Origin: Chloroflexota bacterium
GTDB taxonomy: Bacteria; Chloroflexota; Limnocylindria; Limnocylindrales; CSP1-4
Reading direction: 5' to 3'
NCBI GenBank assembly: GCA_040899885.1
Contig: JBBDZZ010000028.1
Coordinates: 1-41,814 of the forward strand
DNA: 41,814 nt
Both the position numbers and the translations under genes were made by a program. The notes beneath the pieces were generated by a model. It was given only the letters and a program-made list of their open reading frames with translations. It was not told the DNA's origin and searched no databases. Below, in pieces: positions 1-9,374 of this stretch (the stretch's first letter is position 1; each line of letters starts with the position of its first letter).

Positions 1-120
1 ACATCGGACGCGCAGTATTCGCCGGGCGATAGGGTGTCCGCAAGCACGGTCCCATGGCCCGGCCGCCATGCGGCCAGGGCGCCGGGGAGTGCCCCGGCAC
101 CCGCACCATCTCCCGAGACG

Positions 121-1932
121 CTACTCGGCCGGGATCTCCGCGTGGATCGCGTCGAGGTTCACGCCCGTGGCCCGCCGGTAGAGCCGGGCGGCAACGTAAA
201 CGAGGATCGCGCCCCCGTAGAGGGCTCCCAGCCACATGATCGACTGGGTGTTCCCGACGCCAATCGCATAGAGCCCGTTGGTCAGCCACTGGTACAGGAC
301 CCAGATGAGGATCAGCGTGGTGATGCCCCCGGCGAACGCGATCAGCGGGATCGGTCCCACCTTGTACCTCGCCATCGGCGACGTTCGATAGAGCTCCGGT
401 TTCCACCAGGGCAGGATCGTTGCGGCGAACGTACTCCCGAGGAAGGTGACCGCGATCACCAGTGACGCGTCGAGGGTCAATGCGACGAAGCCGGCCTGGT
501 AGGCGTACAGCCAGCTGACGAAGACGGACGGAATCATGATCAGCAGCAGCGCAACCCACGGCACGCCCCGATCGGAGACGCGCGCCGCCGCCTCCGGCAG
601 GACCCGGTCGAAGGCGGCCGCGAAGATCATCCGGGTCGATGACAGGAAGAGCGTCCCGGCCCAGCCGAGGAACCACGCCCCGAACAGCACCACCAGGACG
701 ATCTGGAAGATCCGGTTGTCGATCAGGAACGAGGCGAGCATCGGCGGGTAGCCCCAGATCGGCAGGGTCGATGGGCCCTCCGAGTACACGTAGTACACGT
801 CGATGAAGCTGATGTTCATCGCGTTGAAGAACACCCAGCCGAACGTCTTGGCGGCGAGGAAGATGAAGATCAGGGCGAGACCGGCGGTCACCCAGATCCC
901 GCCGAGCATCCCGTTGAGGACGCGCCGGAAGTCGGAGGCGCCGCGGACCTCGCCGTAGAGGGTCGCGCCCCAGTTCGGGTAAAGGATCCAGAACATCATG
1001 AACGGGATCAGTAGCCATGTGCCCGCGCCGAACGCGAACGCGTTGAGCTCGCTCCCGGTATAGGCCGCCGACGTGGCCGCTGCGTGCTCGATCGTCGCCT
1101 GGTAGGCGTTCGAGACGCCGAACAGGCTTTGCGCCTCACGGTCGAACGCCCGCTGGAAGTCAGCCTGCGACGAGACGGCCATCAGGGCAAACATGACCAG
1201 CAGCGCCGCGATGCCGATGTAGAAGCTCAACCGCTGGATCCGGGCATAGCCGGCCATCCCCAGCGCGACGAGCAGAGAGGTCAGGACGATCACGACGAGC
1301 GACACGACGAACGTGCCGTCGGGCGTGGCGATGAAGTCGACGAGGGCCGTCTGGCCGGTCAGAGCCGCGAGCGGCTGGACGAACTCGAGCTTGAGGATCG
1401 CGCCGTAGATCGGCGCCCACTGGGCGAGGATGAACCACCATCCGGTGGCCGCCAGGACGAACGCGAGGCCGCCCCGCTTCAGGCCGAGGACGGCGCCGCC
1501 GACTGCTCCCAGCGCCCCGGCGACGAGCGCCCCGACGTCGCCGAGCGGAAAGGCCGTCCCGACGAGCCAGGCACCGATCCCGCCGAGGATGGCGCCCGCA
1601 GCTGCACCCGGGATCCCATCGAGGACCCGGCTCTGCCAGACGTAGTCGCCGCCGGCCCTGGGCATGACCGCGACGAGGCCCGCGTACGTGATCGCGAGGA
1701 ACGTCACCGCGATCGCCGACAACACGATCGCGGCGACGGGCGACCCGTCGGGGACGTAGGCGAGGACCGCGAGGCTATAGAACATCCCCAGGGTGACGAG
1801 GTTCACCGACATGAACGAGTAGACGAAGGCGTCGAAGCCGGACCAGCCCTTTACCAGGCCAGTGGCGTTGCGCAGGAAGAGCGATGGTGTCGCCCTCGAC
1901 CCGACCGGCGGGTCCGTCGTGACCGATGCCAT
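121..1932 (-). CDS. APC-superfamily amino acid/polyamine permease (603 aa, polytopic membrane protein)
   Basis: Long ORF with hydrophobic, multi-TM composition and an N-terminus typical of APC permeases (GLVKGWSGFDAFVYSF...GGDYVWQSR). The reverse complement just upstream of the ATG contains GGAGGG as an SD. Stop is TAG at 121. Confidence 0.8.
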   Translation of the reverse strand: MASVTTDPPVGSRATPSLFLRNATGLVKGWSGFDAFVYSFMSVNLVTLGMFYSLAVLAYVPDGSPVAAIVLSAIAVTFLAITYAGLVAVMPRAGGDYVWQSRVLDGIPGAAAGAILGGIGAWLVGTAFPLGDVGALVAGALGAVGGAVLGLKRGGLAFVLAATGWWFILAQWAPIYGAILKLEFVQPLAALTGQTALVDFIATPDGTFVVSLVVIVLTSLLVALGMAGYARIQRLSFYIGIAALLVMFALMAVSSQADFQRAFDREAQSLFGVSNAYQATIEHAAATSAAYTGSELNAFAFGAGTWLLIPFMMFWILYPNWGATLYGEVRGASDFRRVLNGMLGGIWVTAGLALIFIFLAAKTFGWVFFNAMNISFIDVYYVYSEGPSTLPIWGYPPMLASFLIDNRIFQIVLVVLFGAWFLGWAGTLFLSSTRMIFAAAFDRVLPEAAARVSDRGVPWVALLLIMIPSVFVSWLYAYQAGFVALTLDASLVIAVTFLGSTFAATILPWWKPELYRTSPMARYKVGPIPLIAFAGGITTLILIWVLYQWLTNGLYAIGVGNTQSIMWLGALYGGAILVYVAARLYRRATGVNLDAIHAEIPAE

Positions 1933-1962
1933 TGATCCCTCCTCTTCTCCCTCCGAAGCGTG

Positions 1963-2904
1963 TCAGCCGTTGATCAGCAGGTAGCGCTTCACCTCGCCTT
2001 TCTTCGAGTCGAGATCGACGATGGCCGCCTGGAGCACGCCGTCCTCGTAGGTGCTGCCGGGGTTGACGGCCAGCGTCCGCCCCAGCTTCACGGCGCCCCG
2101 ACCCTCGTGGATGTGACCGTGGAGCGAGAGGACCGGTCCGTATTCGGCGATTGCGTCGCGGACGGCATGGGAACCAACGGGGATGAGCGCCTGGCCGCCC
2201 GCCACGTACTTCATATCGGCGTCGATCTGGGGGGCCGCGTCGAGGTTGGAGCCGTACGGCGGAGCGTGGAAGTTGAAGATCGCTCGGTGCGCGTCGGGGA
2301 CGTCCCCCACGAGGCCGTCGATCCGTGCCCGGAGCTCGTCCTCGGGCAGCTCGCGGAACGTCTTCCACGGGGTCGGGTTGGCCCAGCCGGTCGATACGAC
2401 GGTGAACCCGTCGAGGGCGATCGCGTTGCCCTCGCCAAGGTCGACCCGCTCCGCGCGCTCGATGAGCGGATCGATCTCGAACATGTCGTCGTTGGCCGGT
2501 GACACGATGCACCGGATCTTCGAGTCCCGGAGGCGCTCGTCGGCGAGGGCCATCCAGCGCTCGACGGCGCTGAGCATCTCCTGCTTGAACCGCGCGTCGA
2601 CGAGTGCCGGATCGGCGGACCAGGCGTCCACCTCGTCCCGCGAAAGCCGGACCGGGTAGTAGCCCCGATCGAGGATCCGCTTCTCCATCGCCCGCAGCTC
2701 GTCGTCGCCGGTCAGCGTGTGGCGCTGCTCCTGGAGCGTGACCTCCCACGTGTCGCTGCCGTTCCCGACGATGGGGACCATCGCCTTGCCGGTCATGTCG
2801 CCGCCCATGATCAGCACGTCCGCCTGGTGGTAGGCGCCTGCGTTGAGGAACTTGCGCCAACAGACCTCCGACCCGTGGATGTCCGTGGCAAAGAAGATCC
2901 TCAT
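1963..2904 (-). CDS. Calcineurin-like metallophosphoesterase (313 aa)
   Basis: I start it at the internal ATG at 2904 (MRIFFATDIHGSE) rather than the ORF-track start at 3126. MPE motifs are present: DIHG, GGDMTGK, NFHAPP, HGHIHE. GGAAG lies between the upstream stop (2912) and this ATG. Confidence 0.85.
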   Translation of the reverse strand: MRIFFATDIHGSEVCWRKFLNAGAYHQADVLIMGGDMTGKAMVPIVGNGSDTWEVTLQEQRHTLTGDDELRAMEKRILDRGYYPVRLSRDEVDAWSADPALVDARFKQEMLSAVERWMALADERLRDSKIRCIVSPANDDMFEIDPLIERAERVDLGEGNAIALDGFTVVSTGWANPTPWKTFRELPEDELRARIDGLVGDVPDAHRAIFNFHAPPYGSNLDAAPQIDADMKYVAGGQALIPVGSHAVRDAIAEYGPVLSLHGHIHEGRGAVKLGRTLAVNPGSTYEDGVLQAAIVDLDSKKGEVKRYLLING

Positions 2905-2911
2905 GGCTTCC

Positions 2912-3745
2912 TCACTCTGCCCCGTGCGCGACTTCCTCGGGGTCCGCGTACCACGGGACGCGCTCGCCGACCCGGGCTCGGAGGCGCCAACGGGCCGACT
3001 TCGGGGCGTCGTCGATCGCCTTGCCGAGCCCCGACACCTGGGCCGCCGGGTCGAACCGCAGCGGGCGCCCCACGTCGAGGTCGCCCTCCTGCATGTCCGT
3101 GGCGAGGTACTGGTCGAGCTTGTCAAGATTGCCCGTCACTGTCCGCCACCAGCCCCAGTCGGTCGAGGTGAATGCGAGGATCCGGGGGACGTTGATCCGG
3201 CCCTCGCCGTGGGTCGCGTCGACCGAGCCGTCGTCCTGACCGAGGGGATGCTCGGCCAACAGGACGAGCGCGTCCAGGACGTCCTTGCGGTTGATCTTCA
3301 TCACCTGGAGCTTCGAGAGCAGCAGCTCCGCGACCGGAAGAGTCGGGGTGGAGGCGGCGAGGCGATCGGCGAAGTCGAACCGGTGGCACATCTCGAGGCG
3401 GTCGACGAGGACGTCGACCGGGCGCTTGCGGGGCGCATCGACGAAATAGCCCTGCTTCTGCCCGAACAGCGCGTTGTGCTGCTTGTCCGGCGTGTAGCCC
3501 TCGTCCTCGAGGAGCGCGAAGAACGCCACCCGGTCGCGCGAACGGGTGGCGAAGTCGAGATCGACCTCCTTGCGCCGGGTTCGGGCCAGCCAGTCCGGGG
3601 CGTGGGCCCGGATGGCCATGCCGCCCATCAGCCGCACGAGCAGCCCGCGTCCATCCGCTGCGCCCACGATGCGCAACGCTTCCGCGAGCGGATCCTCGAG
3701 GGTCCGGGCGTCAGTGACGCCGTTGACGCCAGCCCCAGCGGTCAT
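2912..3745 (-). CDS. Pol-beta-fold nucleotidyltransferase, AbiEii/MenT(DUF1814)-like (277 aa), function unknown
   Basis: Start ATG at 3745 (MTAGAGV) is preceded by GGAGGA. The NTase signature is RLMGGMAIRAH...KEVDLDF (hGG-x~20-DxD). A later helix, SKLQVMKINRKDVLDAL, resembles the third AbiEii motif. The family call is by eye only. Confidence 0.6.
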   Translation of the reverse strand: MTAGAGVNGVTDARTLEDPLAEALRIVGAADGRGLLVRLMGGMAIRAHAPDWLARTRRKEVDLDFATRSRDRVAFFALLEDEGYTPDKQHNALFGQKQGYFVDAPRKRPVDVLVDRLEMCHRFDFADRLAASTPTLPVAELLLSKLQVMKINRKDVLDALVLLAEHPLGQDDGSVDATHGEGRINVPRILAFTSTDWGWWRTVTGNLDKLDQYLATDMQEGDLDVGRPLRFDPAAQVSGLGKAIDDAPKSARWRLRARVGERVPWYADPEEVAHGAE

Positions 3746-3956
3746 CGACCGTTCCTCCCCCGCGCGGCCGGGGCGCAACCGTTCGGCGCGCGGATCGTGG
3801 GAGTATAGGCTGGCAAAGTCTGAACTTGACGCCCCGCCGCGCGCGCGGTCAAATGCACGCGGAGGAGGCCGGCGACCGCGGAAGGTTTCGGTGCGGCCCC
3901 TGAGGAGGAGGATCGTCGCGCTGGGCCCGCAGCTCGCTTCCCCGCGTGACTCATCT

Positions 3957-5048
3957 ATGACTGGAGAGAGGAAGTTGACTGACAACCGTTCCCTGCGTGG
4001 CTTTTCGGCCCTGGTCGCGGTCATCGCGCTCACCGGCGCCGCCTGCAGCGCAGGTGGCGACACCAACACGGTCACCACCATCGCGTTGCCCCACGATTGG
4101 TGCAACTACGGCGCGATGCTCGACGGTTTCACCAAGAAGACCGGGATCAAGCTCAACGAGCTCAACCCGAACGCCGGGTCCGGCGACGAGATCGAGGCCA
4201 TCAAGGCCAACAAGAACAACAAGGGACCGCAGGCGCCGGACGTCATCGACGTCGGCATCTCCTTCGGGCCGACCGCCAAGGCCGAAGGCCTGCTGATGAA
4301 CTACAAGGTAGCGACGTGGGACACCATTCCCGCCAACGCCAAGGATGCCGACGGGGCCTGGTATGGCGACTACTACGGGGTCCTGTCCTTCGAGGTCAAT
4401 ACGGCGCGGATCAAGACGATTCCGAAGGACTGGAACGATCTGCTCAACCCGGAGTACAAGAACTCCGTCGCCCTCGCGGGTGACCCGACAACATCCAACC
4501 AGGCCATCCAGTCGGTCCAAGCGGCTGCCCTCGCCAACGGCGGGTCGCTCGATAACGCCGAGCCGGGGCTCCAGTTCTTCAAGCAGCTCAAGGAGGCAGG
4601 CAACTTCGTCCCGACGGTCGCGAAGCAGGCCTCCCTTGTCTCCGGCGAGACACCCATCGTCATCACCTGGTCATACCTCGCCTTGGCGGATCGTGATGCG
4701 CTGAAGGGCAACCCGACAGTCGAGGTCGTGATCCCGGCCAGCGGTCGATTCGGCGGGATGTACGCGCAGGCGATCAGCGCCTACGCGCCGCACCCAGATG
4801 CCGCCAAGAAGTACATGGACTACCTGTACTCGGACGAGGGCCAGATGCACTGGCTCGCCGGCTACTGCTACACGACCCGCTTCGACGACCTCGTCGCCAG
4901 GAATGCCATTCCGGCGGACCTGACGGCGAAGCTGCCGGACGTAGCCGGGGCGGTGTTCCCATCCCAGGCACAGCTCGACACGGCCAAGACCCTCATCACC
5001 GGTCAGTGGAGGAGCGTGGTCGGCGTCGACGTGAAGCCCCAGCCGTAG
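3957..5048 (+). CDS. ABC transporter periplasmic substrate-binding lipoprotein (PotD/AfuA-like, family 1 SBP)
   Basis: ATG at 3957 gives MTGERKL...ALVAVIALTGAACSAGG, a signal peptide plus lipobox. The rest of the sequence is SBP-like, and it is followed by two permeases and an ATPase. The ORF-track start at 3546 overlaps the divergent gene and was rejected. Confidence 0.85.
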   Translation: MTGERKLTDNRSLRGFSALVAVIALTGAACSAGGDTNTVTTIALPHDWCNYGAMLDGFTKKTGIKLNELNPNAGSGDEIEAIKANKNNKGPQAPDVIDVGISFGPTAKAEGLLMNYKVATWDTIPANAKDADGAWYGDYYGVLSFEVNTARIKTIPKDWNDLLNPEYKNSVALAGDPTTSNQAIQSVQAAALANGGSLDNAEPGLQFFKQLKEAGNFVPTVAKQASLVSGETPIVITWSYLALADRDALKGNPTVEVVIPASGRFGGMYAQAISAYAPHPDAAKKYMDYLYSDEGQMHWLAGYCYTTRFDDLVARNAIPADLTAKLPDVAGAVFPSQAQLDTAKTLITGQWRSVVGVDVKPQP

Positions 5049-5079
5049 CGGCCGGCTTCACCGCCACCGCACCCAGGCG

Positions 5080-5985
5080 GTGACCACCACTGCAACGCCG
5101 GTCTCGACACGGGATGCGCCCCCGGCGCGTCCCGTGTCGCGGCGTGGCAGGCTCTCCTGGCTTGGCCTGCTGCCGTTCCTGCTGTTCTCGATCCTGTTCA
5201 TGCTCCTGCCCATCGGGTTCCTGGTGGTCGGCAGCTTCCAGGACTCCGCCGGCGACGTCACGCTTCAGAACTACGCCGATCTGTCCGAGCCGTTCATCGT
5301 CGAGGCATACCTGACGAGCATCGAGATCAGCCTCGTCACCGCGATCGGCGGCGGCCTGTTCGGGTTTCTGCTCGCCTACGCGGTGATCCTCGGGGGGCTC
5401 CCCCCGTTCCTCCGGACCGCGCTGATGACGTTCTCGGGGGTGGCCTCGAACTTCGCCGGGGTGCCGCTCGCCCTGGCGTTCATCTTCACCCTGGGCAACG
5501 CCGGTCTGGTGACCACCTTCCTGCTGGACACCTTCAAGATCGACATCGTCGAGGGCGGCTTCAGCCTGTACACGAAGCTCGGGCTGGAGCTCGTGTACAT
5601 GTACTTCCAGTTCCCGCTGATGGTGCTGATCATCGCGCCGGCCATCGACGGCCTTAGGCGCGAGTGGCGGGAGGCGTCCGAGAACCTGGGTGCCACTCCC
5701 CGCCAGTACTGGCAGCGGGTCGCCCTGCCGATCCTCACGCCGACCCTCCTCGGAACCGTCATCCTGCTGTTCGGCAACGCGTTCGGAGCCCAGGCGACCG
5801 CCTACCAGCTGTCGGGCGGCACGATCAACCTCGTGACCCTCGTGATCAGCTCGCAGATCCGCGGCGACGTCCTCCACAACGTGGGCCTGGGATACGCGCT
5901 CGCGATGGGCATGGTCGCGATCATGGCAGTGTCGATCGCGGCCTATACGCTGCTCCAGCGGCGGGCGGAGCGCTGGCTCCAATGA
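5080..5985 (+). CDS. ABC transporter permease (BPD_transp_1 type)
   Basis: GTG start. Six-TM-like profile, in an operon with the SBP. Its stop overlaps the next start (ATGA at 5982-5985). Confidence 0.85.
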   Translation: MTTTATPVSTRDAPPARPVSRRGRLSWLGLLPFLLFSILFMLLPIGFLVVGSFQDSAGDVTLQNYADLSEPFIVEAYLTSIEISLVTAIGGGLFGFLLAYAVILGGLPPFLRTALMTFSGVASNFAGVPLALAFIFTLGNAGLVTTFLLDTFKIDIVEGGFSLYTKLGLELVYMYFQFPLMVLIIAPAIDGLRREWREASENLGATPRQYWQRVALPILTPTLLGTVILLFGNAFGAQATAYQLSGGTINLVTLVISSQIRGDVLHNVGLGYALAMGMVAIMAVSIAAYTLLQRRAERWLQ

Positions 5986-6842
5986 CCACCGACGTCGTGG
6001 GCGTACGCCGGACCGAGGCAACCATCGGCCTTGCCACCGCGCGCCGCCGAAGGGGGCCCCGGCTTGGGTTGCTGGTCTGGTGGGCCATCTTCCTGGTGGG
6101 CATCCTGTACTTCTTCGTGCCGCTCTACGCCACGCTGGCGTTCTCGCTGCGTGCCCAGCCGATGTTCGGCGCCTACGCGAACGTGGCGGACGACTCGCGC
6201 TTCATCGGGAGCCTGATCTACTCGGCCGGGATTGGGATCGTGACGATCGTGGTGAGCACCTTGATCATCGTGCCGACGGCGTACTGGGTCCGTGTCCGGC
6301 TGCCGCACCTGCGTCCGGTCATCGAGTTCCTGACGCTCATGCCGTTCGTGATCCCGCCGGTCATCCTCGTATTCGGGCTGTTGCGGAGCTACAGCGGCGA
6401 GCCGTTCGGGCTCACCAACTCGAGCTTCGGGAGCGACCTGCTGCTCGTCGCCGCGTACGTGGTGCTCTCGTTTCCTTACATGTACCGGGCCGTCGACTCG
6501 GGGCTCCGGGCAATCGACGTCCGCACCCTGACCGAGGCCGCCCAGAGCATGGGGGCCGGCTGGGTCCGGATCCTGTGGCAGGTCATCTTCCCGAACCTCC
6601 GCGTGTCGCTGCTCAGCGGCGCGTTCCTGACACTCGCGATCGTCATCGGGGAGTTCACGATCGCCACGTTCCTCGCCCGGCCTGCGTTCGGGCCGTATCT
6701 GTCGGTGCTCGGCCAGGACCGGGCATACGAGCCGGCCGCCGTCTCGTTGATCAGCTTCGGGCTGACCTGGATCGCGATGGGCATCATCGCGCTGCTCGGT
6801 CGAGGCTCGCGCCAGCGGGTCCAGGTCGGCGGCGCACGCTAG
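5982..6842 (+). CDS. ABC transporter permease (second subunit)
   Basis: ATG at 5982 (MTTDVVGVRR...) is translationally coupled to the upstream permease. Hydrophobic TM protein. Confidence 0.85.
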   Translation: MTTDVVGVRRTEATIGLATARRRRGPRLGLLVWWAIFLVGILYFFVPLYATLAFSLRAQPMFGAYANVADDSRFIGSLIYSAGIGIVTIVVSTLIIVPTAYWVRVRLPHLRPVIEFLTLMPFVIPPVILVFGLLRSYSGEPFGLTNSSFGSDLLLVAAYVVLSFPYMYRAVDSGLRAIDVRTLTEAAQSMGAGWVRILWQVIFPNLRVSLLSGAFLTLAIVIGEFTIATFLARPAFGPYLSVLGQDRAYEPAAVSLISFGLTWIAMGIIALLGRGSRQRVQVGGAR

Positions 6843-6859
6843 TACGGAGATCGGGACGA

Positions 6860-7960
6860 ATGGGCTTCCTCGAGCTGATCGGCGTACAGAAGCAGTTTCC
6901 CGGTGGGGTGCTGGCGGTCCAGGACTTCAACCTGGACGCGGCGCCTGGCGAGTTCGTCTCGTTCCTGGGACCCAGCGGCTGCGGCAAGACCACGACGCTG
7001 CGGATGATCGCGGGCTTCGAGCTCCCGACCGCCGGCGCGATCCGGATCGCCGGACAGGACGTCACCTACCGGCCGCCGAACCGGCGGAACGTCGGGATGG
7101 TCTTCCAGGCCTACGCCCTGTTTCCCAACATGACCGTGGCTGACAACATCGGCTTCGGGCTAAAGATTCGGAAGCGCCCCCGGGCTGAGATCAAGAGCCG
7201 GGTAGGCGAGCTGCTCGATCTCATCGCGCTGCCGGGGCGAGGCGACCGCTATCCGTGGCAGCTGTCCGGCGGTCAGCAGCAGCGCGTCGCGCTCGCCCGC
7301 GCGCTCGCGATCGAGCCACAAGTACTCCTGCTCGACGAGCCGTTGTCGGCGCTCGACGCGAAGATCCGGGTCGCGCTGCGACAACAGATCCGGGCGATCC
7401 AGCGGCAGCTCGGGATCACGACCGTGTACGTGACCCACGACCAGGAAGAGGCGCTCTCGCTGTCCGACCGGGTGGTCGTGATGAGCGACGGCCGGATCGA
7501 GCAGATCGGGACACCGGCGGAGATCTACAACTTCCCGGCCACCCCGTTCGTTGCCTCGTTCGTCGGCACGCTCAACCTGCTGCCTGCCCAGGTCCTCGAC
7601 GCAGGAACGGGGCGGCTTTCGCTCTATGGCCAGGAGATCCGTTCCGCCCAGCCCTTGACCGGCGGCCGAACGAACGGCGCCGTCTCGATCGCCCTGCGCC
7701 CCGAGAGCATGGAGTTGGGCGAGGCCGGCGGCGCCAACCGGCTCCGCGGGCCGCTCGAGGACGTCAGCTTCCTCGGCTCGATCGTCCGGATGCGGGTGGG
7801 CCTGGGCGACGGTGCGAGCTTCTCGCTCGACACGTTCAACGACCCGAACCTCACGCTGCCGGCAGTCGGCGAGGTCGTCACTGTGTCGTTCCCGCGGGAG
7901 GCGACGCTCGTGCTCGAAGGCACGGCGATCGCTCCCCCCGCGGACGAAATGGCGGTGTGA
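6860..7960 (+). CDS. ABC transporter ATP-binding protein (PotA/FbpC-like, with C-terminal TOBE-like domain)
   Basis: ATG at 6860 (MGFLELIGVQKQF). Walker A GPSGCGKTT, signature LSGGQQQRV, Walker B LLLDEP. Confidence 0.9.
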   Translation: MGFLELIGVQKQFPGGVLAVQDFNLDAAPGEFVSFLGPSGCGKTTTLRMIAGFELPTAGAIRIAGQDVTYRPPNRRNVGMVFQAYALFPNMTVADNIGFGLKIRKRPRAEIKSRVGELLDLIALPGRGDRYPWQLSGGQQQRVALARALAIEPQVLLLDEPLSALDAKIRVALRQQIRAIQRQLGITTVYVTHDQEEALSLSDRVVVMSDGRIEQIGTPAEIYNFPATPFVASFVGTLNLLPAQVLDAGTGRLSLYGQEIRSAQPLTGGRTNGAVSIALRPESMELGEAGGANRLRGPLEDVSFLGSIVRMRVGLGDGASFSLDTFNDPNLTLPAVGEVVTVSFPREATLVLEGTAIAPPADEMAV

Positions 7961-8679
7961 CGGAACGCGCCGGGCGGCTCGAGGGCATCGACCTCGTCAT
8001 CTTCGACAAGGACGGCACCCTCATCGACTTCGACGCGATGTGGGGCCCATGGGTGGTCGAGCTCGCACAGCGTCTCGAATCGCTGACCGGCCACGTGCTC
8101 GCGCCCGGGCTCTTCGACGCTCTCGGCTTCGACGCCTCGACGGGGCGGACGATCGCCGGTGGGCCGCTGGCCGCGACCCCGATGGCCCGGCTCCACGAGC
8201 TCACCGCCGAGCTGCTGATCGCGGCGGGCGTCGACGAGGGAATGGCCCGGGCTGCCGTCGCTCGCGCCTGGGAGCCGCCGGACCCGCTGGCGCTCGCACG
8301 GCCACTGGCCGAGCTCCGCCCGCTGTTCGCCGGGCTCCGGGCGAGTGGCCGCCTGATCGCGGTCGCGACATCAGACGACCGCCGCCCGACTGAGAAGGCC
8401 CTCGCCGGCCTCGGCGTTGCGGACCTGGTAGACGCGCTCGCCTGTGCCGACGACGGCATCCCGGTCAAGCCTGCCCCGGAAATGGTCCTGACGGTGTGTC
8501 GGGCACTGGGCGTCGAGCCGGCGAGGGCGGCCGTCGTGGGCGACGCGCCTGCCGACCTCGCGATGGGCCGCGCGGCCGGGGCCGGCCTCGTGGTCGGCGT
8601 GCTGTCGGGCGTGGGCGGGCGCGCGGACCTCGAGCCCTACGCGGACCTCATCCTCGGCTCGGTCGCCGAGCTCGCCTAG
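7957..8679 (+). CDS. HAD-superfamily hydrolase (phosphatase-like)
   Basis: GTG at 7957 overlaps the ATPase stop (GTGA). Motif I is VIFDKDGTLIDFD and motif IV is VGDAPADL. Confidence 0.8.
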   Translation: MTERAGRLEGIDLVIFDKDGTLIDFDAMWGPWVVELAQRLESLTGHVLAPGLFDALGFDASTGRTIAGGPLAATPMARLHELTAELLIAAGVDEGMARAAVARAWEPPDPLALARPLAELRPLFAGLRASGRLIAVATSDDRRPTEKALAGLGVADLVDALACADDGIPVKPAPEMVLTVCRALGVEPARAAVVGDAPADLAMGRAAGAGLVVGVLSGVGGRADLEPYADLILGSVAELA

Positions 8680-9374
8680 TCGCGGCTGCCGAAGAGGCGG
8701 AGCAGGAACAGGAAGATGTTGACGAAGTTGATGTAGAGGTGGAGCGCGCCCAACACGGAGGCCTTCTCGACCGAGCCCGTGGCCGCGATGTAGTCGCCGT
8801 ACTTGATCCGCTGGACGTCGTACGCGGTGATCACCGTGAACACGATGACGCCGATCAGCGCGATGATCCAGCCGAGCGGGCCGCTGTTGAGGAACACGTT
8901 GACGATCGACGCGACGATCAGCCCGATCACGCCCATGAACAGGAAGCCGCCGAGGCCGGTCAGGGACCGCTTCGTCGTGTAGCCATAGAGCGCGGCGGCC
9001 CCGAACATCGCGGATGCGCCAAAGAACGACGAGACCACCGAGGGGACCGTGTAGAACGACACGATCACGCCGACCGTGAAGCCCATCGTCGCCGCGAACA
9101 CGAAGAACAGCCCCAGCGCGACCGTCGCGCTGATCCGCCCGATGAGCCCCTGGATCCCGATCGCCAGTCCGAGCTGCCCGAAGAAGATGAGGAACCAGAA
9201 CCCGCCGACCGTCTCGATGATCCGGGCGTTCCCCCAGACAAACGCGGCGATCGCGGACGTCAGCAGGAGTCCGGCGAACATCCAGCCGAACGACTGGGAC
9301 AGAAGGCTGGCGGACTGCTCAGGCGCCGGCCGGGCACCGGTCCCTACCTGGGACGGGGTCTGTGGATTCATCAT
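8676..9374 (-). CDS. Bax inhibitor-1/YccA family membrane protein
   Basis: 232 aa, seven-TM-like, with the conserved C-terminal region AYDVQRIK...ALHLYINFVNIFLFLLRL. Its start overlaps the upstream stop (ATGA). Confidence 0.85.
   Translation of the reverse strand: MMNPQTPSQVGTGARPAPEQSASLLSQSFGWMFAGLLLTSAIAAFVWGNARIIETVGGFWFLIFFGQLGLAIGIQGLIGRISATVALGLFFVFAATMGFTVGVIVSFYTVPSVVSSFFGASAMFGAAALYGYTTKRSLTGLGGFLFMGVIGLIVASIVNVFLNSGPLGWIIALIGVIVFTVITAYDVQRIKYGDYIAATGSVEKASVLGALHLYINFVNIFLFLLRLFGSRD

Noticed and set aside
3546-3956. ORF-track upstream extensions of real genes. Examples: SBP from 3546, ATPase from 6080, HAD from 7255, permease from 5664, GNAT from 13096, CoA-transferase to 38818, kamA TTG at 24338 and MPE to 3126.
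   Set aside because: The extensions overlap neighbouring genes, have low-complexity composition, and bypass internal starts that carry SD, leaderless or coupled (ATGA/GTGA) signals and family-typical N-termini.
3830-3956. A roughly 110-nt putative 5' leader of the ABC operon with repeated GAGGAGG tracts, following TTGACG-17 nt-TCAAAT, as a possible riboswitch.
   Set aside because: I could not match it to any riboswitch consensus, and the promoter call itself is weak. The purine tracts may simply be SD-like sequences.
7957-8679. The idea that the HAD gene is PhnX (phosphonoacetaldehyde hydrolase), making the ABC system a 2-aminoethylphosphonate operon.
   Set aside because: Motif I is DKDGT rather than the PhnX-type DWAGT. 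No PhnW aminotransferase is present. The evidence is insufficient, so it is kept only as a generic HAD phosphatase.
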